A stretch of 64,000 nucleotides of DNA from an uncultured virus (IMG/VR IMGVR_UViG_2660238316_000001) (IMGVR_UViG_2660238316_000001:1-64000), one strand, 5' to 3'. Positions 20,463-29,763 are shown, counted from the first letter of the stretch. Numbers and translations are program-made. Notes: generated by a model from the letters alone, not told the origin.

Positions 20463-20489
20463 TAAAAAAACCCGCGCGATGGCGGGTTT
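20463..20489 (-). terminator. Terminator closing the DUF4041 moron
   Basis: AAACCCGCCATCGCGCGGGTTTTTTT on minus strand. Confidence 0.8.
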
Positions 20490-20563
20490 GATATGGCTCA
20501 AAGGTAACTATTAGTTATATTTTATCATTTTACTTATTGGGTTATTGCCCCTATAAAATCACA

Positions 20564-22069
20564 TTAGATCATCTCAGGAAATTCTTCTTCGACTCTAGAC
20601 GTAACAGTCTCTGATTTTATCTTTTCGTTAGCTCTAGCCGCAATAATAGCTTGAGATTCCCTGTACTCTGGAGCCCTAGCAAACTCATCAAATGATGCAT
20701 CATAACCGAGTTCGCGAACTTTACTTTCAATATCAGATAACGGAACGCGGAAGAACTCTTTTCGATTATTAACCAAGTTAATACGCCGTTTCGAAAACTG
20801 TTGGTGAAGACTGGTCTCGAGAGAAGGGGCATCAACAGAGTAAATTAGTGCGTGTATGTCATATTTAAATGGAACAGAAGCCGAACCAAGTTCATTTACA
20901 CGATCTTCTGGTTCTAATCTGCGAGTTAAGCCGATTTTATAAATATCCTCCCCAAAAGCTCCAATATTTGAAATTACATATACGTGCCCACTTCTAGTTA
21001 ATTGTGCCTGTGATTTAGCTCGTTCAGACAAAGCACGAGCCTCTTCGAGTTGAGACTCTAGTTCAGAAATTCTAGCTTCAATCTGTTCTTTCTGCTCTTG
21101 GTTGGCTTTATCTAACTCTTTACGCGCCCGTTCCATTGCTTTTTCGAAGTCCCGTTCGGCTTTCAATTCTTCTTTTATCGCTTTGTCATATTCACGCTGG
21201 GCCTTTTCTTCCTCTCGTTGAAGCTCTCGATCCTCCCTCAAAATCTCCCTTTCTTTTTGTAGCTTAAGCTCTTTCTCATGACATAGAGTAAGCTCTTCCA
21301 GTCGAAGATTAAGATAGTTGCGAGTTATACTGATATTCATAGAATGACCGAACTTATTCAACGCATCGAAAGCAGTTTCAATTCTCTTATGTAACTGAGC
21401 AATATTTCCAGATTTTACCTTAGCTATAGCTGCATCACATTCGCTGTTAAACGCTCTTGTCAGCAATTTGACATAGCGTTTAATCATTTTTCCGCCTTCA
21501 GCCTTACTTCCATTCACCGTCCAATTAGTATCAGAGTCACAAGCTGCATCTTGACGTATAAGTGCCTTTTGGCGCTCTTTATTGCGTGTTATTGCTTCTT
21601 GGAAGGCTACCGAGTCATGGTAATCGAAACGAGGTTTATAAATGCCAAACTCAACCATATCAGCATCATCACTAACCTGAGAAAGTTTTTCTGTTAACTC
21701 TAAAAGCCGTGCTCTTTTTTCTCTATACTCTTCTTTTAACAAAATAAGTTCGCGCCGTTGTTCAGAAAGCTGCCGCTCTGATTCGTTTTCCTTTCTTTCG
21801 ATTTCATTTAGTTTTTCTTTTACTTCATTATCGATAGATTCTTTCGCGGTTTTTTCTTCTAGCTCTAGAGTTTTTCTGCGTTCTTTTTCTTCACTATCAA
21901 GTTCTTTTCGTAATCTCTCAGCCTCTTTTTCTATATCAACTATTTTGCTATATCTTTCGATATTTGCTCCATATTGCTTTTTTTCCTTATTTCTAACGTA
22001 TAAAAGTATCAATACAACAATGGATAAAACGGCACAGACAGCAACCAATCCCCAAATCATCGGATCCAT
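20564..22069 (-). CDS. TM + coiled coil + DUF4041 + T5orf172/GIY-YIG protein (PD-lambda-1/SNIPE-like defence candidate)
   Basis: N-terminal TM, RAFNSECDAAI (DUF4041), GHVYVISNIGAFGEDIYKIGLTRR...NRKEFFR nuclease domain. Confidence 0.85.
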   Translation of the reverse strand: MDPMIWGLVAVCAVLSIVVLILLYVRNKEKKQYGANIERYSKIVDIEKEAERLRKELDSEEKERRKTLELEEKTAKESIDNEVKEKLNEIERKENESERQLSEQRRELILLKEEYREKRARLLELTEKLSQVSDDADMVEFGIYKPRFDYHDSVAFQEAITRNKERQKALIRQDAACDSDTNWTVNGSKAEGGKMIKRYVKLLTRAFNSECDAAIAKVKSGNIAQLHKRIETAFDALNKFGHSMNISITRNYLNLRLEELTLCHEKELKLQKEREILREDRELQREEEKAQREYDKAIKEELKAERDFEKAMERARKELDKANQEQKEQIEARISELESQLEEARALSERAKSQAQLTRSGHVYVISNIGAFGEDIYKIGLTRRLEPEDRVNELGSASVPFKYDIHALIYSVDAPSLETSLHQQFSKRRINLVNNRKEFFRVPLSDIESKVRELGYDASFDEFARAPEYRESQAIIAARANEKIKSETVTSRVEEEFPEMI

Positions 22070-22160
22070 TCCATCAAATAAAAAGATACAAGAATTGTAT
22101 CAAAATATATCTAATAGTTCATCGGTTACTATTAAGCTAAACCCTCATAGCGTTGATTGT

Positions 22161-22364
22161 TTATGCTTTTCCCCTTTCCACCACCGCCATAATCTCATCC
22201 AACACCTCATGCATCAGTTGCACATCATCAATGGTGTAAGTGCCATCCAGCATATCTGACCATCTTGCCAGTGGCGGGCAATGTTGCCCGGCACCGGCAC
22301 AAGGTCGCCATAAAAACCAGTCTACGCGGGAGGGTGCTGCGGATTGTTTTCCGCGCTTTTTCCC
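22161..22364 (-). CDS. Tail chaperone -1 frameshift extension (gpT-like)
   Basis: Open in the -1 frame after slippery G GGA AAA at 22358-22364. Confidence 0.65.
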   Translation of the reverse strand, partial: GKKRGKQSAAPSRVDWFLWRPCAGAGQHCPPLARWSDMLDGTYTIDDVQLMHEVLDEIMAVVERGKA

Positions 22365-22711
22365 TCGCCGCTGAGTTGCCAAAAAGGGCCGATATTTTCC
22401 CTCAGTACCTGCCCCAGCAATACCAGGTAATTATGGGCTTCATCCTGGAACAGGTTTTCGCCCACCGGGATATTATCGGATTGGCGAACGATGCTACCGC
22501 TGTTAAAACACAGCTCTTTCAAGCGGTTTAAGCTCATCATATCGACGGAAGCTAAACTGGCGGCCATACCCATTGCGGTGACATTGGGGTTGATCGCCGG
22601 TAACAAACCAGACTTAGCCGCGATTTGCAGCATTTCGACCTGATCTCTGGCCGGTGATGTTGCCCCGCGAAAAAGGGTGTCACCGATCACGACTTCAATT
22701 TGACGCCCCAT
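22322..22711 (-). CDS. Tail assembly chaperone (gpG-like)
   Basis: Position between tube and tape measure; slippery sites near 3' end. Confidence 0.75.
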   Translation of the reverse strand: MGRQIEVVIGDTLFRGATSPARDQVEMLQIAAKSGLLPAINPNVTAMGMAASLASVDMMSLNRLKELCFNSGSIVRQSDNIPVGENLFQDEAHNYLVLLGQVLRENIGPFWQLSGEGKSAENNPQHPPA

Positions 22712-22713
22712 AA

Positions 22714-23118
22714 TTAAGTTTCCTCAGAGTCAGCAAATTCAAAAATAAATTGTTCATCAGACACACCACTTTTCCCGGCGCGGGTGGCTGAACCACGGTT
22801 AGTCATAATGCCGTCGAATCCGGCAAAACGTTCGTCAGTGCCGGTCTGTGAAAAGGTAAAAGTGGCATCAATACCGGATTTCTCCACCGCCAATAACTGG
22901 CGGGCCTGCACCGAGCCGGGGATCAGGTTGATGGTCAACCGTTTGGCGCGAGTTTTATTGTCCAGCCGTACTGACGTGCCGCCGATACCGCGTTTTAGCG
23001 CGGCGCGGGGTTCTAAATCTTCAATGGTGATCGGTGGGTCGGTATCACCAAAATCATCAATCGGGATACCAAAGACGGTGAGGTTAGAGCCATCAGCGCC
23101 GTATCTGTGCATGGTCAT
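22714..23118 (-). CDS. Tail tube protein
   Basis: 134 aa directly after sheath. Confidence 0.75.
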   Translation of the reverse strand: MTMHRYGADGSNLTVFGIPIDDFGDTDPPITIEDLEPRAALKRGIGGTSVRLDNKTRAKRLTINLIPGSVQARQLLAVEKSGIDATFTFSQTGTDERFAGFDGIMTNRGSATRAGKSGVSDEQFIFEFADSEET

Positions 23119-23124
23119 AAGGGA

Positions 23125-23594
23125 TTACTCCACGGTGGCATTGATTTCAGCGATATGACCGGCACGGCCTAAAATCACTAACAAGGTGGTTAATGGGAAA
23201 ACACGTTTTTTGCGTTGGTCTGAGGTCAGCGCAAGGACATCTTCCGGGCGGGAGCGGATAACAAAACCAAAATCAGCCACTTTAGTCACGCCATCGTCAG
23301 GATCAACATAAGAGCCGGTACCCAGCACACCGTTATTGAAAAAGCGTTTGCAGGTAGTGGCAACCGTAGACAGTAACCCGTCATAGTCGCGTGGTGTCAG
23401 TGCGCGCTTGGTGCCAACATTAGCAATGTAGTTGTAGCCATCCACCTGAATATGGTTTTTCAACACATCCAGATTGACCACATCATCAATAAATTCGCCA
23501 TAGGACGACATCGATTTACTGTTGATCACCCGGCTGTTATCAATTTGCCCGGCCAGTTCAATTTTAGTGAAAAACACCGCGTTCTTGGCTTTTA
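23125..23594 (-). pseudogene. Tail sheath (DUF3383-like), 5'-truncated
   Basis: Only the C-terminal ~155 aa (GEFIDDVVNLDVLKN...AGHIAEINATVE) remain. Confidence 0.8.
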
Positions 23595-24191
23595 GATAAT
23601 AATCCAGTGACACCGACACGCTCAGCTAAACCGGTGGTGAAACGTGAGCGCCTGGAACTGGATCAGTATCTCGCTATTCGTGAGGTCGCTGACACATTAC
23701 CGGCGTGGTTCGGGTTATCAATGGATCTGGCGCTAGTCACTGGCCAACGCCGTGAGGATTTATCTCTGATGCGCTTTGACCAGATTGTTGATGGCAGATT
23801 ACAGATAGACCAAGGCAAAACCGGAGCCATGATCTCCCTGCCCTTAGATCTTGAACTTAAAGCCGTTGGCCTACGCCTTAGCACCGTGATTGAACAATGT
23901 AAATTAGCCAGTAAAACAGACTTTATGATAAGTGCTGGCATCAGAAAAAATAGCCCTGACGGATCACTACATCCAGATAGCCTGACAAAGAAATTCGTAA
24001 CGGCGAGAAAAGGAACAGATTTTCGTTTTGATGAGAGTCCGCCAACTTTTCACGAGATCAGAAGTCTCGCTGGGCGATTGTATGAAAAGGAAAAAGGTAA
24101 AGAATTTGCGATGAAACTGCTGGGGCATAAATCGGAGAAGATGACGAACAAGTATCTTGATACGAGAGGGAAAGAATACGTGATGCTATAA
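23595..24191 (+). pseudogene. Lambda-type tyrosine integrase, N-terminally truncated
   Basis: Catalytic R (TGQRRED), K (QGKTG), HxxR (HEIR), H (LGH), Y (KYLD) present; N-terminal domains missing. Confidence 0.9.
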
Positions 24192-24293
24192 AAGACCGAA
24201 TATCAGATTTCGATAAGATTTCGATAAATTTCGATAAACCACAAAATTCACCTTTAAAATCAACAGCTTAAAAAGAGACCGAATACGATTCCT
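24048..24293 (+). repeat. 246-bp direct repeat copy 2
   Basis: Near-identical to 9814-10059. Confidence 0.95.
24277..24293 (+). other. att core, junction of elements 2 and 3
   Basis: AAAAAGAGACCGAATACGATTCCT; arm-type repeats at 24207-24237 and 24411-24440. Confidence 0.8.
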
Positions 24294-24457
24294 AAAGGTG
24301 AGAATTCTTAATTTTATCTATATAAAACAATAAGATAACCAGAGTCATGACCTTTAGCCTACGTTTAACACCGTCTTTAAAAGATCAACATGATCATATA
24401 GTTATCAGCTATTTCGAAAATTCTCGGGAAAATTTCGAGCGTTAAAATGAGGAAAAC

Positions 24458-24670
24458 ATGACTTCAACACTGTTTATAGTCTGCCTAATACTGACAGCCG
24501 TAATGATCACCATCCACCCTGCTCTCTCTATTCCTTTTGTTATCGCTACTTATCTGCTGGCAGGTAAAGGCAATATGCACATGGACAGTAACACGAGTAT
24601 CATATTAGGCATCATCGGATTTATTCTGTTATTGGTTCTGTTCGTTATTGTTAATGATGCTCTGAAATAA
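24458..24670 (+). CDS. Small multi-TM membrane protein
   Basis: 70 aa, GAGG RBS, almost entirely hydrophobic. Confidence 0.6.
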   Translation: MTSTLFIVCLILTAVMITIHPALSIPFVIATYLLAGKGNMHMDSNTSIILGIIGFILLLVLFVIVNDALK

Positions 24671-24713
24671 CTATTGATATTGTAACGTGGATTAATCGCT
24701 ACTCAATTTGACA

Positions 24714-24737
24714 GTCAGCTAAGAGCGAGAAGCGGAC
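24714..24737 (+). repeat. Palindromic cassette site B1
   Basis: GTCAGCTAAGAGCGAGAAGCGGAC. Confidence 0.85.
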
Positions 24738-24780
24738 GGCAGAACATTCCTTGAACTTAGCAATGTATCCTAATGACAAA

Positions 24781-26211
24781 TCAGCCTCGTAGCGATAATT
24801 TTTTATTTAAAGCTCGGTCGAGAGTTTTGAGCTCCTTATCTAAAATGGGAGTTATCTCAATATTGAATTCGATCAATTGTCCATAATCAAGACGCAATAA
24901 TTTACGGATAAAATTTGACCGATAGGCCCAAAGTGACTTACGACTGGTACAATACGACATCATATGAACTTGGACATTTGACTCAAAACTGTCCCAACAA
25001 GTCAACAAACTTACGATATTGCTAATATATTTTATTAATTCAGCTTGGATCTTTCTCTGATCAAGACGGTTTTTCACTTCTGTGAAAAAATTCTCAAGAT
25101 TATCTTGATAAACATCTTCGACTAATGATTCCAAAACAGGGTACAAGGGCATTGTTTTATTATTGCCCCCTCTACGAATAAGGCGCAACTTTATGTTTTT
25201 ATTATCATTACCTTTGGCATAACGAAGATAACGTACGACTTCTGTAATGCGATCCTGATATTCAGGACGTAAATTCAGTTCAAACTGTCGGAGCCAATCC
25301 TCTTTTGCACCTTTATCAAAAGCATGTATAGCTGCAAAGTATTGTGCTATTTTTCGTTCTTTCTGGCCTGCCCTAGGAGCGGTCGCATGTCGGAACTGCG
25401 CCTCATGCCAATTTAAAAAATTAACAGCTATTGAGGTCAATTCTTCACTTTCTCGTATGTAATACGTACTTGCGTTAATAAAAGTATGTAACCCCGCATT
25501 TTTACTAATATGCTGATAAAAAGAATAGGTGATACTTTCGTCCTCTGAAACATGGATAGTTTCACCGATTTTTTTCAGGCACCCATCGATCGCTGCATCC
25601 AGATATGCAAATGTCTCTTCCAATCCAGTCAGATAAGTGACCGCAGGATCATCAAAATCATAATTTACACGCGGTTTCATGCGCAGAATTTCGACAATTT
25701 TCTTTTCTAAAGCATGCACAATTTTCTGCGAATTCCATAAAAAATTGCCATTATCTTGTAAAAACTCTTCAAATATTGTAGCTGCAATAGCACCATCATG
25801 GGATTTATCCTCAAAAAAATCATAGTACCCCAAAGAATAGTGTTCGGGGCTGTCTTTAAGAACGTACTGCTTTCGCCATTTTGGCGCTAGGAGATTAAGA
25901 GGTGTTACCAGCAACATTAGATGTCTGAAACTATCAGTACTACTATGACGAGGATACTGTTTTTTCGCTATCTCAGTTCCAATCAAATCCCAAACTGACT
26001 TACGAGCATTTTTAAGGTCTGAAACCTCCGTGTATGATTTTCCACTCGCAAAACGTGATTTCAAAGAAAGCAAATCAAGATTAATATGGTCAATAAGTTC
26101 TTCTTCGTTGGTCCAATGCTTGGACCTGAATAATTGATTATTTGGATTATGATTTTTTTGCTCTGCCATTTTTATACCGCTCTTTAATGCCGTTAATTCG
26201 ATTATATTCAA
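24781..26211 (-). CDS. Hypothetical protein (~460-476 aa), cassette 1
   Basis: Long AT-rich ORF, no motif recognised. Confidence 0.75.
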   Translation of the reverse strand: MNIIELTALKSGIKMAEQKNHNPNNQLFRSKHWTNEEELIDHINLDLLSLKSRFASGKSYTEVSDLKNARKSVWDLIGTEIAKKQYPRHSSTDSFRHLMLLVTPLNLLAPKWRKQYVLKDSPEHYSLGYYDFFEDKSHDGAIAATIFEEFLQDNGNFLWNSQKIVHALEKKIVEILRMKPRVNYDFDDPAVTYLTGLEETFAYLDAAIDGCLKKIGETIHVSEDESITYSFYQHISKNAGLHTFINASTYYIRESEELTSIAVNFLNWHEAQFRHATAPRAGQKERKIAQYFAAIHAFDKGAKEDWLRQFELNLRPEYQDRITEVVRYLRYAKGNDNKNIKLRLIRRGGNNKTMPLYPVLESLVEDVYQDNLENFFTEVKNRLDQRKIQAELIKYISNIVSLLTCWDSFESNVQVHMMSYCTSRKSLWAYRSNFIRKLLRLDYGQLIEFNIEITPILDKELKTLDRALNKKLSLRG

Positions 26212-26266
26212 GAAGGGAAGGTGCGGCTCGTGGCCGCACTGATGATATTCGTCGCCCTCTTATACT

Positions 26267-26677
26267 TTAGTAACCATTAAAGTCTTCATCACTACCTTCT
26301 TGGGCTTTAATGATATCTTCAGCACAAACATCCTGAAGTGTACCTTCTGCATTGTTCAGGTCGTCAATTACTTCCTGAAACTTTTCACCGAGTTCAGCAG
26401 CCGATACTTTACCTTCTGCTATGAACTCAAGTGTAGAAATGGCTGCCTCTACATTTGGTAACTCATCCTTAACGCGGATAACTTCCTCACCAAATGGGAT
26501 ATCATCTAAAGGAATCCAACGGTTGCTGTCGATGTCAATACCGCGCTCCTCTTCGAGCTTACTCTCTACTGCATCGTTGATGCTTCCAGCTACATCAATG
26601 AACTCCTCAGACATCTCTTTTAATGCCTGAGCGCGGTCTAGAGCTTCTGCAATTTCATGCTGTGTTATGTCACTCAT
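26267..26677 (-). CDS. Highly acidic helical protein, cassette 1
   Basis: 136 aa, GGAG RBS, very D/E-rich. Confidence 0.8.
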   Translation of the reverse strand: MSDITQHEIAEALDRAQALKEMSEEFIDVAGSINDAVESKLEEERGIDIDSNRWIPLDDIPFGEEVIRVKDELPNVEAAISTLEFIAEGKVSAAELGEKFQEVIDDLNNAEGTLQDVCAEDIIKAQEGSDEDFNGY

Positions 26678-26907
26678 AACGATCTCCAGTACTAGTTTTA
26701 AGCTAATTGTTGATGTAATGTTTGCGAAAATTACCCCAACGACATGTGATCAAATAACTACCGCCTGATGAATCCTGACTAGCCAGTTATCAGCTAATGT
26801 CATAACCACGGACGTGATTGCTGTCGTTAAGGTCATCATACTTAAAATGGTCATTGAGTCAGGGATGCTAACTTCTATTTATTGCTTTTTTACCATGTGC
26901 AGCACTG

Positions 26908-27039
26908 TGATCTGCATGATATGGATTGGTATCATGCAGAGTTAGCAACGTCTGCTTCTGGCACAGAGCTGACGTCCGCTATGAGCGAAGAGCGGACGTT
27001 GCTAACAGCGTTCTGTTTGAATCAACGGGGAGCAGGTCA
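26908..27039. repeat. Composite junction: 45-bp IS3-like end, site A1 (26950-26973), site B2 (26974-26997), inverted 45-bp IS3-like end
   Basis: TGATCTGC...GTTAGCAACGTC and, reverse complemented, TGACCTGCTCCCCGTTGATT...GTTAGCAACGTC. Confidence 0.85.
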
Positions 27040-27227
27040 GCGCCTACAGCTACGCAGCTTAACCCGAAACATTATTCATTGTGGTTTTTGCAGCTTCCGC
27101 TGATACCACATATAGTGGATACGGGAGTCGGACGGGCCAACACCAGTGCAGAACGAGCCGGTTTCACTGCTGCGCTTTAATGATGCCAACAACCACGCTA
27201 AATTTAACGCTTTATGGGGGTACACAT

Positions 27228-27788
27228 ATGGACCAAGAAAGTTTGAAGAGACTCACTGAAGAGTATCATTCGAAATATGAAAAACATCTAACTCCTGAAC
27301 TCGACATGACGTCATTGGTATTAAAGGCCCACCTTTTCTTGGAAGAGATTTTGTACGAAATTGTCTTGCTTCACTGTAAGGCTCCTAAAGCTTTAGAGGG
27401 TATTCAATTCTCATTTCATCACAAATTGAAATTAGCTGAAGCGCTTTACGGAGTTCATATGTATAAGATAGAGTTCCCTAGGGGTATCTGGCCCGTACTT
27501 GATGCGCTAAACAAACTCAGAAATGAGTTGGCACATAGAATAGATAGTCCAAAGCTTGAAGATAAGATTGTTAATTTCTTAAGAGCTTCAGAAGAAAACA
27601 TGATGAAAGAAAAACCATCACGGCATTTTAATGAAATATTATGCGACCCTAAGCTTTTAACGGAAAGAATGCTCAATGTATTATTGTACGTGCTTGGATG
27701 GCTTGGTTACATGCATGGTATAATATACTTAAATCCTCCCGAAAAGTTTTTAGCCCCTCTATTTCCAGCAGTTAATAATAAAAGTTAG
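27228..27788 (+). CDS. Helical protein with Rx4H motif (HEPN/MtlR-like), cassette 2
   Basis: LVLKAHLFLEEIL...LNKLRNELAH; ATG 27228 with GGGGG RBS. Confidence 0.7.
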   Translation: MDQESLKRLTEEYHSKYEKHLTPELDMTSLVLKAHLFLEEILYEIVLLHCKAPKALEGIQFSFHHKLKLAEALYGVHMYKIEFPRGIWPVLDALNKLRNELAHRIDSPKLEDKIVNFLRASEENMMKEKPSRHFNEILCDPKLLTERMLNVLLYVLGWLGYMHGIIYLNPPEKFLAPLFPAVNNKS

Positions 27789-27799
27789 TTTTTGCTACA

Positions 27800-27865
27800 G
27801 TCCGCTTTTAGTACGAAGCAAACAAGCTAATTGGGCTGAATCTCCGCTATGAGCGAGGAACGGAA
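27800..27865 (+). repeat. Cassette sites A2 (27800-27823) and B3 (27842-27865)
   Basis: GTCCGCTTTTAGTACGAAGCAAAC and CTCCGCTATGAGCGAGGAACGGAA. Confidence 0.8.
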
Positions 27866-27964
27866 ATAGTTGCTCTGTAGTAGCCCAAGTTTAAACAGTA
27901 AACTTCATCGGTAAGGCATAGGTATAAATAAATACCGGCCTTTGTATTGCCCGACAAAAATAGA

Positions 27965-29542
27965 CTATAAGATTTTTCTCTCTATGGTGTTTGTAATGAT
28001 CAATACGTCATCAGGAATATTTCGCTTCCCCTCTATACGTATTGTGAATACAAAAAGAATAATCGCTGATTTCACAATTTTCATAAGTTGTAACAGATGC
28101 TTCTCAAATTTTTCTTTCTCAATAAATTTCACTTCATCAAAAAAATCATAAGAATTATATAAATCTGTTAACATACCTTTCTCGTGAATAACTAATAACT
28201 TATGCTCTAAATCATTCCTCCAATCTCTATAAAAAGCAAGCTCACCATTTTTATCGTTCAAATCCATTGCAATACTAAACAAACCGAACAATCCTTTATT
28301 ATTTATTTTGTTTATTTTATCCTTTCTTTTTTCATCACGAACCTGCCAGAAGTTATGAAAGTATATATTCCCTCTATCTGGTTTTAAATCAAATAATTTA
28401 CATAGAGCAACTGCTATTTTATCTAAGACACCAAAGCACGATCTAAATGCTATCCTTAACTTCTCAACATTTTCATATAATATCTCACCGTTATACAACT
28501 CAGAATAACACGTCTCAGAATCCTCATAAAAGAACTCACTACCAACCTTATATTCGAAGAACATTTTTCTTGCTAAAGAGTACTCAGCTTTAAGCCTGTT
28601 TAACACCATCTCCATTGGCACAATAAAATCCCCAAAAACGCCTTTCTCGGTGGTCGCAATAGTTATATTATCTTTAGATGATGCATAACAATTACAATAT
28701 AGAGAATGATCAGACAACATTATATTATTATCTATACAAAACCTCTGATAGTGTGATAAAGCATCATACTCCTCCCGCGTGAGCCTTTCATCTGTAATTA
28801 TATCCTCAACGGCATCTATACATGACTCACTCAAGATATCTTCGTTGTACTTTATTTTTCTTTGATAAGTAGCAATCCATGAAGGAATACATTTCCCTGA
28901 TTTTATTGCACATTCATAACCTCGAATAACTTCCCTAATCATTGTATATGTATATGTGGTAGATAACTCATTAAGCAACTCTAATGCTTCAGATCTGTTG
29001 ACCCATGCTTGGGGAATTGAGTCATCAATAGATATGGCTTGTTCATAATAATCCATTGATTCAGATATACGATATTGTCTTTTTAATGCATTAGCTAGGT
29101 TTACCATTAACTCAGGATGAGTCCCCCCATCTTCTAGGGAGAATTTATACGATTTCCAGTAATTATTTTTTACTTCATTCAGTTTAATGAAACTATCAAT
29201 ATCTGCATCGCCATGAGGATTAAAATCAAGGACTGCGCCCATGCCATTTGCCACGTTATAGTAATATGATGATTTTGTCATTATGGTCAGAATAGCATCT
29301 TTGTTATTTATAAATAGACTCAAACCTTCTTCTGCTATGCTTTTTATGTTACTAAAGCTTCCAATATCAATAAGATTTCCAGCCAAATTAGATAAAATAA
29401 TTATTCTATTTGCATTGATAGTATTTATATCATCTATGCCTTTCAGTAGTTCCTTTACATTTTTATAGGCAGAATCAAATGTTCCTGTATTTATAAGATC
29501 ATTTATATATCCCATTTTTGAAACTACATAGTTGATATCCAT
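27965..29542 (-). CDS. TPR + LA2681-type HEPN domain protein, cassette 3
   Basis: TPR-like VNLANALK..YRISESMDYYEQAI; AFRSCFGVLDKIA; WRNDLEHK (Rx4H). Confidence 0.85.
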   Translation of the reverse strand: MDINYVVSKMGYINDLINTGTFDSAYKNVKELLKGIDDINTINANRIIILSNLAGNLIDIGSFSNIKSIAEEGLSLFINNKDAILTIMTKSSYYYNVANGMGAVLDFNPHGDADIDSFIKLNEVKNNYWKSYKFSLEDGGTHPELMVNLANALKRQYRISESMDYYEQAISIDDSIPQAWVNRSEALELLNELSTTYTYTMIREVIRGYECAIKSGKCIPSWIATYQRKIKYNEDILSESCIDAVEDIITDERLTREEYDALSHYQRFCIDNNIMLSDHSLYCNCYASSKDNITIATTEKGVFGDFIVPMEMVLNRLKAEYSLARKMFFEYKVGSEFFYEDSETCYSELYNGEILYENVEKLRIAFRSCFGVLDKIAVALCKLFDLKPDRGNIYFHNFWQVRDEKRKDKINKINNKGLFGLFSIAMDLNDKNGELAFYRDWRNDLEHKLLVIHEKGMLTDLYNSYDFFDEVKFIEKEKFEKHLLQLMKIVKSAIILFVFTIRIEGKRNIPDDVLIITNTIERKIL

Positions 29543-29660
29543 TCAATCCTCTAAAAACTAAGCCAACGATGCCTATCATTATATGAGTGTGGCCAATAGA
29601 AAGCATGCCACCTCTGACAAAAAACTTTCCATGATGAAAAAAATCACACTACAGCACACC

Positions 29661-29763
29661 TGACCTGCTACCTTCAAATTAATGCAGATCGAACTTAGAG
29701 ACTTCCGCTCTTGGCACAAATTAGACTAACGATGGCCATTAGTCTACTTGAGCGAAAGCGGAC
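29661..29763 (+). repeat. 45-bp IS3-like end, site A3 (29703-29726), site B4 (29742-29763)
   Basis: TGACCTGCT...; TTCCGCTCTTGGCACAAATTAGAC; GTCTACTTGAGCGAAAGCGGAC. Confidence 0.8.

Larger units (their letters stand above)
10060..24293. mobile_element. Deleted myovirus-type prophage (element 2): tail module, morons, partial integrase
   Basis: Bounded by two att cores; contiguous tail genes; sheath gene fused to integrase half. Confidence 0.85.

Noticed and set aside
12489..23594. Functional tailocin
   Set aside because: The sheath gene is 5'-truncated and no lysis or regulatory genes remain in the element
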